DNA of 64,000 nucleotides from a virus (Duplodnaviria > Caudoviricetes): the IMG/VR virus record IMGVR_UViG_3300046787_000604, positions 1,752 through 65,751 of that record; one strand, 5' to 3'. The first letter of the stretch is position 1. The number at the start of each line of letters is the position of its first letter. A model generated the notes under the pieces. The model did not search any database, had not been told where the DNA came from, and was given only the letters and a program-made list of their open reading frames with translations. Shown in pieces: positions 48,624 through 57,559 of this stretch. A program made the position numbers and the translations under genes.

Positions 48624-49484
48624 TTATAATGTTATTATTTTTTTTAATAAGTTGTACTCCTTGAAGTATCTTTCTTTTATTTTTCTTGCTCCGGTTATTT
48701 TTTGATTATAAATTTCTTCAGAGTTTTCATTGATATGATGTAAAGTTTTCTCAATCCCATCAAAATCGTTAATATCGTCAATTAAGATATACCCATCTTC
48801 CGGATAGATATCTTTAATGTTTTTACATCCAAAATAAATTGGGATAGTATCAGTTAATATACTATCGTAAAATTTCTCGGTAATCCAATTATTTTGATGT
48901 TCATTCTCAACAGCAATGTTAAATCTATAATCAATTAACGCATCGTGTCTTTTTGGACTACAATTACCTCCACCAAAAAAATCAACAAATGGAAGTTCTT
49001 GAGTCATCTTTGATATTATGTGTCTTTGAGGATATAAACAAGTTTCACCCATATTATCCTTCAAATCAGTAATGGAACATGAAATTCCCTTAGTTTTATC
49101 AAATGTTTTATCTTTCAAATTATCATAACACCAAAATTCAATTGGGTCAACCCAAGGACCTCTACCTCCGTAAAACGTATGTGCTAATGTCTCAAGACAA
49201 TTACCTTCGTATAATTTTTCATCAAACCCTAAAACGGTTGTACCATCTCTAAAGTTTTTTTGATGAGTCCCTGACCAACTTGGTTCATGTGGAAAAACAA
49301 ATGACCTTGCACCACTTTTAATTTCCATATTAACGTGATTGAAGAATACGATAATATCGTACGATTCGTCATAAACAAATTCAATATCGGTTAAATCAAT
49401 TTCAGGTGTCTTAAATTCTTTAATAACCCTCTCAGTTAATTTTTCCGAAGTGTCCCAATTTGCAGATATTCTAATTTTCTTCAT
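48624..49484 (-). CDS. GT10-family alpha-1,3/4-fucosyltransferase-like protein
   Basis: YRFNIAVEN...WITEKFYDSILTDTIPIYFG is the GT10 alpha-1,3-FucT motif. Confidence 0.85.
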   Translation of the reverse strand: MKKIRISANWDTSEKLTERVIKEFKTPEIDLTDIEFVYDESYDIIVFFNHVNMEIKSGARSFVFPHEPSWSGTHQKNFRDGTTVLGFDEKLYEGNCLETLAHTFYGGRGPWVDPIEFWCYDNLKDKTFDKTKGISCSITDLKDNMGETCLYPQRHIISKMTQELPFVDFFGGGNCSPKRHDALIDYRFNIAVENEHQNNWITEKFYDSILTDTIPIYFGCKNIKDIYPEDGYILIDDINDFDGIEKTLHHINENSEEIYNQKITGARKIKERYFKEYNLLKKIITL

Positions 49485-50428
49485 TAATCCTGAATTAATT
49501 TTCTAAACTTATCCATTACTATCTCAGGTGAGAATTGTAGATAAGGTTCGTAATAATCATCATACTTAATATAATTCTTCAAATTGTTAAATATGTCGTA
49601 TAAATCTTCAAAACCTTTATAATAAATTCCTCTCTCACCTAAAATCTCAATATGACTTCTTTCTCCGGATAACTCATAAGTTATTACAGGCTTGTTTGAT
49701 AACGCAAATTCAGAAACGGCTAAACCAAATGTTTCACCACCACTTCTTGCGTGTATCATAGCATCACAAGCATTAACAAACGATGATTTCTCATACAAAT
49801 CATAAGACCCATCTAAAAATATCACCGATGGATGGTCAACAAATTTATTAACATTCATAAAAATGAATTTCAAATCATTTCTCTCGGTAACAATTCTTCT
49901 AATAACCTCTTTAACAAATTCTATATTAAACTCTGTTGAACCTCCGTAATACCCAAAAACAGTACAACTATCATCAATGTTTAATTTCTCCCTCAAACTA
50001 TATTTTGGTTCAGGTAGTTTCTCACAAATATGAGGTAATGAATGAGTTTCAATAGGATACCCTTGGTCTTTACATAACCAGTCTGAAACATAAAAATATT
50101 TATGTCCGTGAGGTTCGTTATATCTAAACACGGCATGAACTAATGTTGGAACACTATTAACAGTATACCCATCGTTACTACCCATTTTTAGTAGATATAA
50201 GTAATCAAAATCATTTTCCTTCAAATAGGATTCATATTCCCAAAAATGTCTTAATTGAACCTCAAATCGTTCTTGGAACTTTGGCAATGCGTCTAAGTTT
50301 CCGTTAGGTGAACTAAAGATTACACTTTTATTACCTAAAATCTCTTCGTTATATTTTGCATAAGCATATAACGCAATCTCGGTACCTCTTAACGATAGTT
50401 GATTACTATGGAACGCAATCTTCTTCAT
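49484..50428 (-). CDS. GT-B (GT4-like) glycosyltransferase
   Basis: RGTEIALYAYA at the N-terminus; CDAMIHARSGGETFGLAVSEF...KPVIT contains the E-x7-E motif. Confidence 0.85.
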   Translation of the reverse strand: MKKIAFHSNQLSLRGTEIALYAYAKYNEEILGNKSVIFSSPNGNLDALPKFQERFEVQLRHFWEYESYLKENDFDYLYLLKMGSNDGYTVNSVPTLVHAVFRYNEPHGHKYFYVSDWLCKDQGYPIETHSLPHICEKLPEPKYSLREKLNIDDSCTVFGYYGGSTEFNIEFVKEVIRRIVTERNDLKFIFMNVNKFVDHPSVIFLDGSYDLYEKSSFVNACDAMIHARSGGETFGLAVSEFALSNKPVITYELSGERSHIEILGERGIYYKGFEDLYDIFNNLKNYIKYDDYYEPYLQFSPEIVMDKFRKLIQD

Positions 50429-50431
50429 AAA

Positions 50432-51214
50432 TTATATTTTAACTTTTTCCCAATTATTGTGGTTAAATCCTACCTTAAGAATTTCATTTTGGTTTTGCCA
50501 CCCCATTTCACCCATATTATATCCAGCCAATTTCGCAGATACTCCAATCTCAAACGCCTCCATATCAAAAGTGATAATGTTGTTTGGGTCTTGAGTTTCA
50601 AACAACGTACAGAATCTTTCAAATTCGTAAGCCATTTTTTCTAACTTGTCATCATTCTTAATTAACAAGATGTGTTCACTTGGTAATTTAGAACCTTTCC
50701 ATTCAGGGTGTAGTCCATAGAATCTAAATTTAGCATCAAATAATTTACTATGAGTACCATTATTAACACTGTCCAAATATTCTATTTCAGCCCAATCGTA
50801 AGTTGCATCAGTTCTAAGTGCCACCATATCAAACCCTTGAGATTCCCAAAAATCAATTTGTCTCTCTAACGCGTCAACATCAATCGGTCCCGTAAATCCA
50901 GCATCACAATCAAGGTATAAAACCCAATCATATTTTTTATCAATCCCTTTGATTGCATTAAATTTTAATAACTGATTAAATGCACCAACATGGGTTTTAT
51001 GGTTTTCTAACTTTTCGTGTCTTATCGTAACTCTTTCATTATTCTGTTGGATAACATCACTGAAGTTGTCAATATTGTTCGTATTTACCAATACATCGTA
51101 TGGTGTTTTAGTTAGTACATCATCTACCAATCTTTTGGCAAATGTCGCGTAAATTTCTGAACCTTGTTTAGTGTTGTTCACAAATGAAATTGTTGATACT
51201 AATATATTTCTCAT
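50432..51214 (-). CDS. Putative GT-A fold glycosyltransferase
   Basis: FNQLLKF...YDWVLYLDCDAG DxD motif; lies within the GT cluster. Confidence 0.65.
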   Translation of the reverse strand: MRNILVSTISFVNNTKQGSEIYATFAKRLVDDVLTKTPYDVLVNTNNIDNFSDVIQQNNERVTIRHEKLENHKTHVGAFNQLLKFNAIKGIDKKYDWVLYLDCDAGFTGPIDVDALERQIDFWESQGFDMVALRTDATYDWAEIEYLDSVNNGTHSKLFDAKFRFYGLHPEWKGSKLPSEHILLIKNDDKLEKMAYEFERFCTLFETQDPNNIITFDMEAFEIGVSAKLAGYNMGEMGWQNQNEILKVGFNHNNWEKVKI

Positions 51215-51217
51215 GTT

Positions 51218-51943
51218 TTAAGACCATCTTGGATGGTAATATGTTGTTTGTTTATTTGTTATTCTATAATAATTATTTGTGATTAAATAAGAATAGACTC
51301 GTTTTTCAAAAGAGTCCCCCGCATAGTCCGGATAATGTAAATTAGCGAATGGGTGTTGAGTATTATAAATCCTTTCTTTGAAGACCTTTGGTTGAATTAA
51401 AAAACATTGGTCCGAAAATCCTCTACCGTACCACCATTCATCATTCTTAAGATAAGATTTAAGTTCAATCTCTTGTCTTTCCGCATTCACCGAATCATTA
51501 TTCCATAAAGGATTCACAATTTTAATGTCAGAATTAGATGATAACATCCCAATTCCTTTGGAAATCCAATCCACATTACTCTTTTCAACTAAAGAATCTG
51601 CAGTTTGATAAACCATATAATCAGTGTCACAAAGATAAACCGATAATAATGGGGCTATTGAGTACCAATAACCACCATTAAACGATTCTTTCTGTATGTC
51701 AAAATGAGATAAGACTTTGTCGGAATAATCATCAGTAAAATAATAACCATCAATAATATTTTTGGATATTAAATTTTTAGCCGAGTTTTCAACAATTTCA
51801 CGATTATTAACATTTGTAATTATTAATATCTTCTTATCAAAATGATGATTTAGATTTTCAAGTTTCTTCTCTAAACCTCCTTGGTTAATAATAATATTCC
51901 AATCTCCCTCCCAACATTGAGTGAAAAATGTAATATTACTCAT
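51218..51943 (-). CDS. Putative GT-A (GT2-like) glycosyltransferase
   Basis: N-terminal beta strand ITFFTQCWEGD, DYMVYQTADS, GFSDQCFL and YYHP; coupled within the GT cluster. Confidence 0.55.
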   Translation of the reverse strand: MSNITFFTQCWEGDWNIIINQGGLEKKLENLNHHFDKKILIITNVNNREIVENSAKNLISKNIIDGYYFTDDYSDKVLSHFDIQKESFNGGYWYSIAPLLSVYLCDTDYMVYQTADSLVEKSNVDWISKGIGMLSSNSDIKIVNPLWNNDSVNAERQEIELKSYLKNDEWWYGRGFSDQCFLIQPKVFKERIYNTQHPFANLHYPDYAGDSFEKRVYSYLITNNYYRITNKQTTYYHPRWS

Positions 51944-53208
51944 TAACTAACGTGATTATGTGTTAATCTACCTGTAATTCTATCACACCAACCTTTTGAT
52001 GTTGAGAACGGCCAAACAACCCAATACGATGGTAATTCATCCGTTTGAAATTCTCTCCATACTTTACAATATTTGTCAGGGTCATTTAACATACCTCTAA
52101 TTTCATTTGCATCCGCATCTTTTCTAAATAAAGTCTCATCTTTATCGTTATGGAATGCAACAACCCAAAACTCATAATCTTTTTCAGGAACTTGAGAATA
52201 CCCGATATCAATACAATGTTTGAACATCATACAGAAACTATCTTTCCATTCTTGTTCAGTCTCAAAATTGTAAGGGTTTGGTGGGTATTGTTTATCTAAA
52301 GTATATTTGTCAATTGCTCGTTTCTCAAAAAGAATTCCCGCATATTTTTCGTAGTCAGTTAAAGTTCTAACCGTACCAAATCCAAATGGACCATCATGAC
52401 CTTCTTGAGTTTCACCATCCATACCAAATAACTTTCTATTAGTTAAATGTGAATGAGAATTCTTTTGTCCCCAGGTTTTGTCATCATCCCATTGTTTAGT
52501 TCTACCCTTACGAGTGTATTCGTGGAAAACAACCGGAAGATGTGGGTGAAATAAATCATAACCCCAAGTGTAAGCTCTCGCAGCTATTGAAATTTCTTCT
52601 CCATGAAAATAGTATTCCGGGTTATGTTGAACCTCAGTTGAGAATTCTCCAAGTGTGAAACAGAAGTGGGCAGAATAAAATCTTGAAGGAACCGGTTTTG
52701 TCATTTCTCTCCATCCCGGAATTGTTTCAGGTAAAAAGAAAACAGCACCTTCAGGGATAAATCGGTCAAACGACATTCTCCACGCCTCATTAACTCTTCC
52801 TGCTGGGTCATTTTCAGGGTCAAAGGATGGGACATAACCCGTAAGTAGAGGCTTCTTGTATCCATCCTTTTGTAACCCCTTAACCATTTTGATTAGAATA
52901 TCATCCCAATCTTTGGCAAATCTCATGTGAGAATCAATTTGAAGTGTATAGGTTTCACCGCTATACAACTGTTGGGTTAAATTACGTGCCCAACAAACTC
53001 CTTTTGATTCTTCATAAGGAATATCTAAGATTCTAAATCTTTTGTCTTTTCTATAATCTTCTAATTTATCAAACCCGTCTTCCTCACTAAATTGTCTTGC
53101 AATTCCAAATGTGATGTTTTTGGGTTTCTTGGCATTCTCTAACATATCTTTAATTGTTAGCTCTAATTGTGGGTCTCTATACGACGCGATTTGAACAAAT
53201 ATTTTCAT
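51943..53208 (-). CDS. GT60-family polypeptide alpha-N-acetylglucosaminyltransferase-like protein (Skp1 Gnt1-like)
   Basis: IFVQIASYRDP, SKGVCWAR, LQIDSHMRF..WD (DxH), FHGEEISIAARAYTWGYDLF and HEY.R. Confidence 0.88.
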   Translation of the reverse strand: MKIFVQIASYRDPQLELTIKDMLENAKKPKNITFGIARQFSEEDGFDKLEDYRKDKRFRILDIPYEESKGVCWARNLTQQLYSGETYTLQIDSHMRFAKDWDDILIKMVKGLQKDGYKKPLLTGYVPSFDPENDPAGRVNEAWRMSFDRFIPEGAVFFLPETIPGWREMTKPVPSRFYSAHFCFTLGEFSTEVQHNPEYYFHGEEISIAARAYTWGYDLFHPHLPVVFHEYTRKGRTKQWDDDKTWGQKNSHSHLTNRKLFGMDGETQEGHDGPFGFGTVRTLTDYEKYAGILFEKRAIDKYTLDKQYPPNPYNFETEQEWKDSFCMMFKHCIDIGYSQVPEKDYEFWVVAFHNDKDETLFRKDADANEIRGMLNDPDKYCKVWREFQTDELPSYWVVWPFSTSKGWCDRITGRLTHNHVS

Positions 53209-53232
53209 ACTAATACTTTTTAGTGTAAAAAT

Positions 53233-53262
53233 AAAAAACCCTCCGTAAAAGTGGAGGGTTTT
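53233..53262 (-). terminator. Terminator between the Thr/Pro fibre genes and the GT cluster
   Basis: AAAACCCTCC-N8-GGAGGGTTTT inverted repeat with a T-run on the minus strand. Confidence 0.8.
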
Positions 53263-53283
53263 ATTAAGTTATTTTATATTAAT

Positions 53284-54270
53284 TTAACAAGAGGTTGGTC
53301 CACTTTGGATACCACTTGAATTATAAACGTATGAAACAGTACCGTTAGAAACGAATCCATCATATGAGAATGGAGTTGATAATTCTGAATCAGTGTAAAT
53401 AAAGTCTCCGTTTTCTAACGCTCCGAAAATTTTACTTGTGTAATAAATTGTACCACCTGTTGTGTAATTAGAACAAGACGCCGCATATGCCATAATATCA
53501 GTACCTAAATAAGTTTCAAATAATATTTGACTTGGTGAAGGAGTATTTGTTGGTGTTGGGGTTGGTGTTGCGGTTTCAGTGTTAGTCGGTGTTGGAGTTG
53601 GAGTACTGGTTGGAGTACTTGTTGGTGTACTTGTTGGGGTTGGAGTTGGCCCACACATACCATAAACACTTAATGTCGAACCTGTAGTACAACCCGGTCC
53701 ACAACCTGTCGATGCCTCATAAACAATTCCATCAACAACATACCATCCTACTGCGTCACCGGTATTCGGACCTGTTGGGTCTGAGAATATCACAGTACTT
53801 GCACTGAACGAAGGATTATTTGTCCAAACTGTTGCAACACCCGGACAATCACAAGCATCCTCCCCATCAGATTCATCATGACAAATATCTTCAAAAATAT
53901 ATCTAATAGGTTCCGTTGGAGACGGTGTATTAGTTGGTGTGTTAGTTGGTGTGTTAGTTGGTGTACCTGTCGGAGTTTGAGTTTGAGTTGCAGTTACCGA
54001 TGGTGTAGGTGTTGTTGTAGTTGTTGGGGTCGGTGTAGGTGTCGGAGTTTGCGACGCACTAACTACTGGAAATATACCGGTATTAACTAAGTCAACCGAA
54101 GTTCTAAACGCCGGTGCAATTGAATATGTGTTATCAATCAACCAAATATTCTTAGTTTGATTTGGTGCCAATTCAACCTGATACTCCCACATAGAGTCAT
54201 CACATCGTCTATAATTAAAGTTCACATATGTTGAACCAGTGTTTGTTAAAATATATTTACTACATGCCAT
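53284..54270 (-). CDS. Modular Cys-containing virion protein with two mucin-like (TP)n linkers
   Basis: Small Cys/beta domains separated by [17 protein letters not shown]... and PTPTPTSTPTSTPT... tracts. Confidence 0.75.
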   Translation of the reverse strand: MACSKYILTNTGSTYVNFNYRRCDDSMWEYQVELAPNQTKNIWLIDNTYSIAPAFRTSVDLVNTGIFPVVSASQTPTPTPTPTTTTTPTPSVTATQTQTPTGTPTNTPTNTPTNTPSPTEPIRYIFEDICHDESDGEDACDCPGVATVWTNNPSFSASTVIFSDPTGPNTGDAVGWYVVDGIVYEASTGCGPGCTTGSTLSVYGMCGPTPTPTSTPTSTPTSTPTPTPTNTETATPTPTPTNTPSPSQILFETYLGTDIMAYAASCSNYTTGGTIYYTSKIFGALENGDFIYTDSELSTPFSYDGFVSNGTVSYVYNSSGIQSGPTSC

Positions 54271-54336
54271 GTTATTTCTGTTTTATATATAAATACTACG
54301 ATTTATTCTAATTTTTTAATTTCGTTTTTATTTTTT

Positions 54337-56433
54337 TTATACTATTATCGGTTGAACTGTAAATGTTCCTCCACTTAAGAAAGTTACATATGCCTCACCA
54401 TCTAACGCATCTCTTGTAACGTCTACTGTTATATCGGTATATAGTATTGGATTTCCACCAGTACCACCGGATAATGTTAAATCATCGTTAAATGAGGTAA
54501 ACGTAAAATTATTATTTCTACATTGACCTGATGAATCAAAATTCGCAAATGTCGTACTATACATTCCGTAAGAAATTTTATTATTTATAAAAAAATCAGG
54601 AATTACATTAAAATTAACTCGGTCACCGATTGTGTTGTCGTAGAAATATTCTCCAATGGTATTACTTTGGAATCCATTACCAATTACATTACCTCTATAG
54701 TTTCCTCCACCATAACCAAAATCACTTGCAATCGTATTACTTGTGAAATAATCACCAATTTGGTTATACGAGAAATTTGTTGAGATTGTGTTATTATTAA
54801 AGTAATACCCAACTTTATTATATTGTGTATTACCGGTAAAAGTGTTTCCTCCGCACTCACCCTGAAATGAATTGTAGTCAAAAATAAAAGCTTGAAGCTG
54901 GCTCTCATTACCTATGTTGTTATTATAGAAATTAGAACCTAAATTATTTGTTGTTACAACATTGTAAAAGTTATTTCCGTAAACAAGTGGTCCACCAGTG
55001 TTTGTTGTAAAATCCCCATAGAAATTATTTTGATAAACATTTTCTCCAAGTACATTATTAGTAAAAAGTTCTTTAATTTCATTAGTACTAAACCCAGCTC
55101 CAATTTGATTATTATCAAAATTATCATACATTATATTATTATCGAATGATTGAACATTGTTATAATTAAAGCTATTTAATATTTTGTTAAATGAAAAATT
55201 TCCATTTATTGTGTTATATCGAAAAGTATCATACCCAGTATAAAAATTACCGTTGAATGCTCCGTTTATTGTATTATCAGCAAAAAAGGTTCCGTCATCG
55301 TTACCTAAATTATTATAATTAAAGTTATTTTGTACGTAGTTGTCATTAAAGGCAACAACAATCATATTATCATTAAAATTTGATGTGATAATATTATTAT
55401 CAAAATCATTATCAATTACGTTATTATAGAAACGGTATTTAATTGAATTACCTGTACAGTCATCGTTAAATGTATTATTTCTAAAATCACTTCCAAATGT
55501 GTTATCAATGTACGGGCCACTCCTAAAAACGTTATTAGATAAAATGAAAGTATACTCTTCATATAATGTAAATGACGTTGTATTTCCACAGGTGTTGTTA
55601 AAACAACTGTCGTAACTTGTAAAAGTGTTATATTCGGTAAATCCCGTATTAGAAATAATATTACTTTGTTTATAAGACATACCACTCTCATTTGTTGAGG
55701 GTGTATACAAAGTATTAGTGATAGAATTAAATGAATGTCCGGTAACCGTCATAACCGTATCTGAATCAATAGAAACAACTTGATAAAAATCTACCCCGTA
55801 TGGTCTATTTGGGTTCACAATACCAATAACGTTTTCTACTGAAGTCGTATTTGTAAATAATGTTCCAACACCTGTAACATTACCTGAACCATCAATACTA
55901 ACGGTGCCACCATAAAAATTATTTGCACTGTAGGTGTTATATCTCTTGAATAAAACTTCTCTAAAGTCATAGTCAAACGCATTTCCTTTATCATCAATCC
56001 TATACGTAATTCTACCAAACGCCTCTCCACCTGTAACTTCAGTGACTGAGAAATATGGGTCGTAATAAATCGTATCACCCGAATATTGAGGTTGATAAGC
56101 AAATTGAGAAATTGTGTCTACCCCTGTTGCCAACACAAGTATTGGTGAAACACTACCTTGTTTGTAATTACCGGTTGTGATTGTGCCACCATATACGTCA
56201 TAATCAGGTTGGTCATAACAAGTCTTGAAATCTGTAATTAAGTAGTATTGTCCCACTATTAGTTGACCTACATTCATTAAAAATGTTAATCCCGAATATA
56301 CAATTTCAGTATGGTTTATCCCCGAAAAAGGAATGTGATAAGTAGTGCCCGCCTCCTCAACCGGAATCAAAAGGGTGTTTGTGGTATAATCTAATGCGGT
56401 TAATTCGCCAATAGTTTTTCCTGTTAGTGCCAT
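54337..56433 (-). CDS. Putative fibre/spike with an Asn-rich parallel beta-helix
   Basis: N-terminal GKTIGELTAL; LIVGQYYLITDF, GRITYRIDDKGN..YDF, then many F.NN.I.. repeats. Confidence 0.7.
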   Translation of the reverse strand: MALTGKTIGELTALDYTTNTLLIPVEEAGTTYHIPFSGINHTEIVYSGLTFLMNVGQLIVGQYYLITDFKTCYDQPDYDVYGGTITTGNYKQGSVSPILVLATGVDTISQFAYQPQYSGDTIYYDPYFSVTEVTGGEAFGRITYRIDDKGNAFDYDFREVLFKRYNTYSANNFYGGTVSIDGSGNVTGVGTLFTNTTSVENVIGIVNPNRPYGVDFYQVVSIDSDTVMTVTGHSFNSITNTLYTPSTNESGMSYKQSNIISNTGFTEYNTFTSYDSCFNNTCGNTTSFTLYEEYTFILSNNVFRSGPYIDNTFGSDFRNNTFNDDCTGNSIKYRFYNNVIDNDFDNNIITSNFNDNMIVVAFNDNYVQNNFNYNNLGNDDGTFFADNTINGAFNGNFYTGYDTFRYNTINGNFSFNKILNSFNYNNVQSFDNNIMYDNFDNNQIGAGFSTNEIKELFTNNVLGENVYQNNFYGDFTTNTGGPLVYGNNFYNVVTTNNLGSNFYNNNIGNESQLQAFIFDYNSFQGECGGNTFTGNTQYNKVGYYFNNNTISTNFSYNQIGDYFTSNTIASDFGYGGGNYRGNVIGNGFQSNTIGEYFYDNTIGDRVNFNVIPDFFINNKISYGMYSTTFANFDSSGQCRNNNFTFTSFNDDLTLSGGTGGNPILYTDITVDVTRDALDGEAYVTFLSGGTFTVQPIIV

Positions 56434-56454
56434 AGTTATTATTTTTTTTTGTTG

Positions 56455-56961
56455 TTAATTAAATTCTAAATATTCATTATCCCCCACACTCAAATATTCA
56501 TTTTCGCCCATTAAGACGGCATTAATTAATATTTCTTGAGTTGATGTTGGAGTGTTGGTTGGAGTTGGTGTAGAAGTCTCAGTATTCGTAGGTGTCTGAG
56601 TTGGTGTCTCTGTATTTGTCGGAGTTACCGTTTGAGTTGGTGTTTCAGTTGGTGTTGGTGTTTGAGTCTCAGTTGTAGTATTTGTAGGTGTGGGTGTTGA
56701 TGTTGTTGTTGGAGTCATTGTAGGTGTTTCCGTAGGAGTGGGTGTTGGTGTGGGGGTAACACTTGCAACAACAATGGTGAATGTACTATTATATGTTGGG
56801 ACATAACAACTGTATGTTCCGTAATAATAATCCTCAACATATTCAAATGGAAAAGTCTGAACCCCCAAGTTAATCGTACCTCCCGTTTCAGGATAGAACG
56901 TAACTTCGGTTGTTAACCCACTTAAACTATTACTTGAAATTATTACACCACAATCTGCCAT
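56455..56961 (-). CDS. Small virion protein with a long (TP)n mucin-like tract
   Basis: About 70-aa Thr/Pro tract between an N-terminal beta domain and the C-terminal peptide ENEYLSVGDNEYLEF. Confidence 0.75.
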   Translation of the reverse strand: MADCGVIISSNSLSGLTTEVTFYPETGGTINLGVQTFPFEYVEDYYYGTYSCYVPTYNSTFTIVVASVTPTPTPTPTETPTMTPTTTSTPTPTNTTTETQTPTPTETPTQTVTPTNTETPTQTPTNTETSTPTPTNTPTSTQEILINAVLMGENEYLSVGDNEYLEFN

Positions 56962-56989
56962 GTTAATAAATACTTAAAAATTTTATTGT

Positions 56990-57559
56990 TTAACATACAC
57001 CAACATTGATGATGAGATTTCCACTAAGTTGAATGAATCTTCCTCCATTCGAAATCGTAAAATTAGCTCCAACAGGAGGAATGGTTAATGTTGCATTACC
57101 ATATACGTAATCACCAACCACTAAATCTTCAAATGGTTTTGGAATATAGATTGTTACGTTTGCGGGATTTGCAATCATATTAACAGAATCACAAACATTT
57201 TGGTACCATCCACCTGTTCGTAGATTGTACTTATAAAATGTCGTTGGCGTGAGAGTTGGTGTTGATGTGGGAGTTGGCGTTATTGGAGTTGATGTTGGTG
57301 TTGGTGTTATCGGTGTTGATGTTGGTGTCGGAGTAGTTGTTGGGGTCGGTGTATTTGAAGGACATAACCCCACAAATGTTATGTCTAATGGCGCACTGTA
57401 ACTTTCAACGGATACGTCTTTTGCACAAAGGTATTCAGTTTCCAACGGATTGATAGTACTAACACTAATAATGTCAGTACATCCTGTCCACTTATAATAC
57501 CCTTCTTGAGTATTATTATAATTGGTTATCCTAAAATAGTTACAGTCTGTTGTATACAT
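56990..57559 (-). CDS. Two-domain Cys-containing virion protein with (TP)n linker
   Basis: N-terminal domain resembles that of 53284..54270; the TPTPTSTPITPTP linker is followed by a VGDYVY..ATLT.P domain. Confidence 0.75.
   Translation of the reverse strand: MYTTDCNYFRITNYNNTQEGYYKWTGCTDIISVSTINPLETEYLCAKDVSVESYSAPLDITFVGLCPSNTPTPTTTPTPTSTPITPTPTSTPITPTPTSTPTLTPTTFYKYNLRTGGWYQNVCDSVNMIANPANVTIYIPKPFEDLVVGDYVYGNATLTIPPVGANFTISNGGRFIQLSGNLIINVGVC

Noticed and set aside
46943-53208. GT cluster as a DNA hypermodification or host O-antigen locus
   Set aside because: No hydroxymethylase or base-modifying genes, flippase, polymerase or sugar-synthesis genes lie nearby, and GT60 points to protein acceptors. 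Disfavoured rather than excluded.
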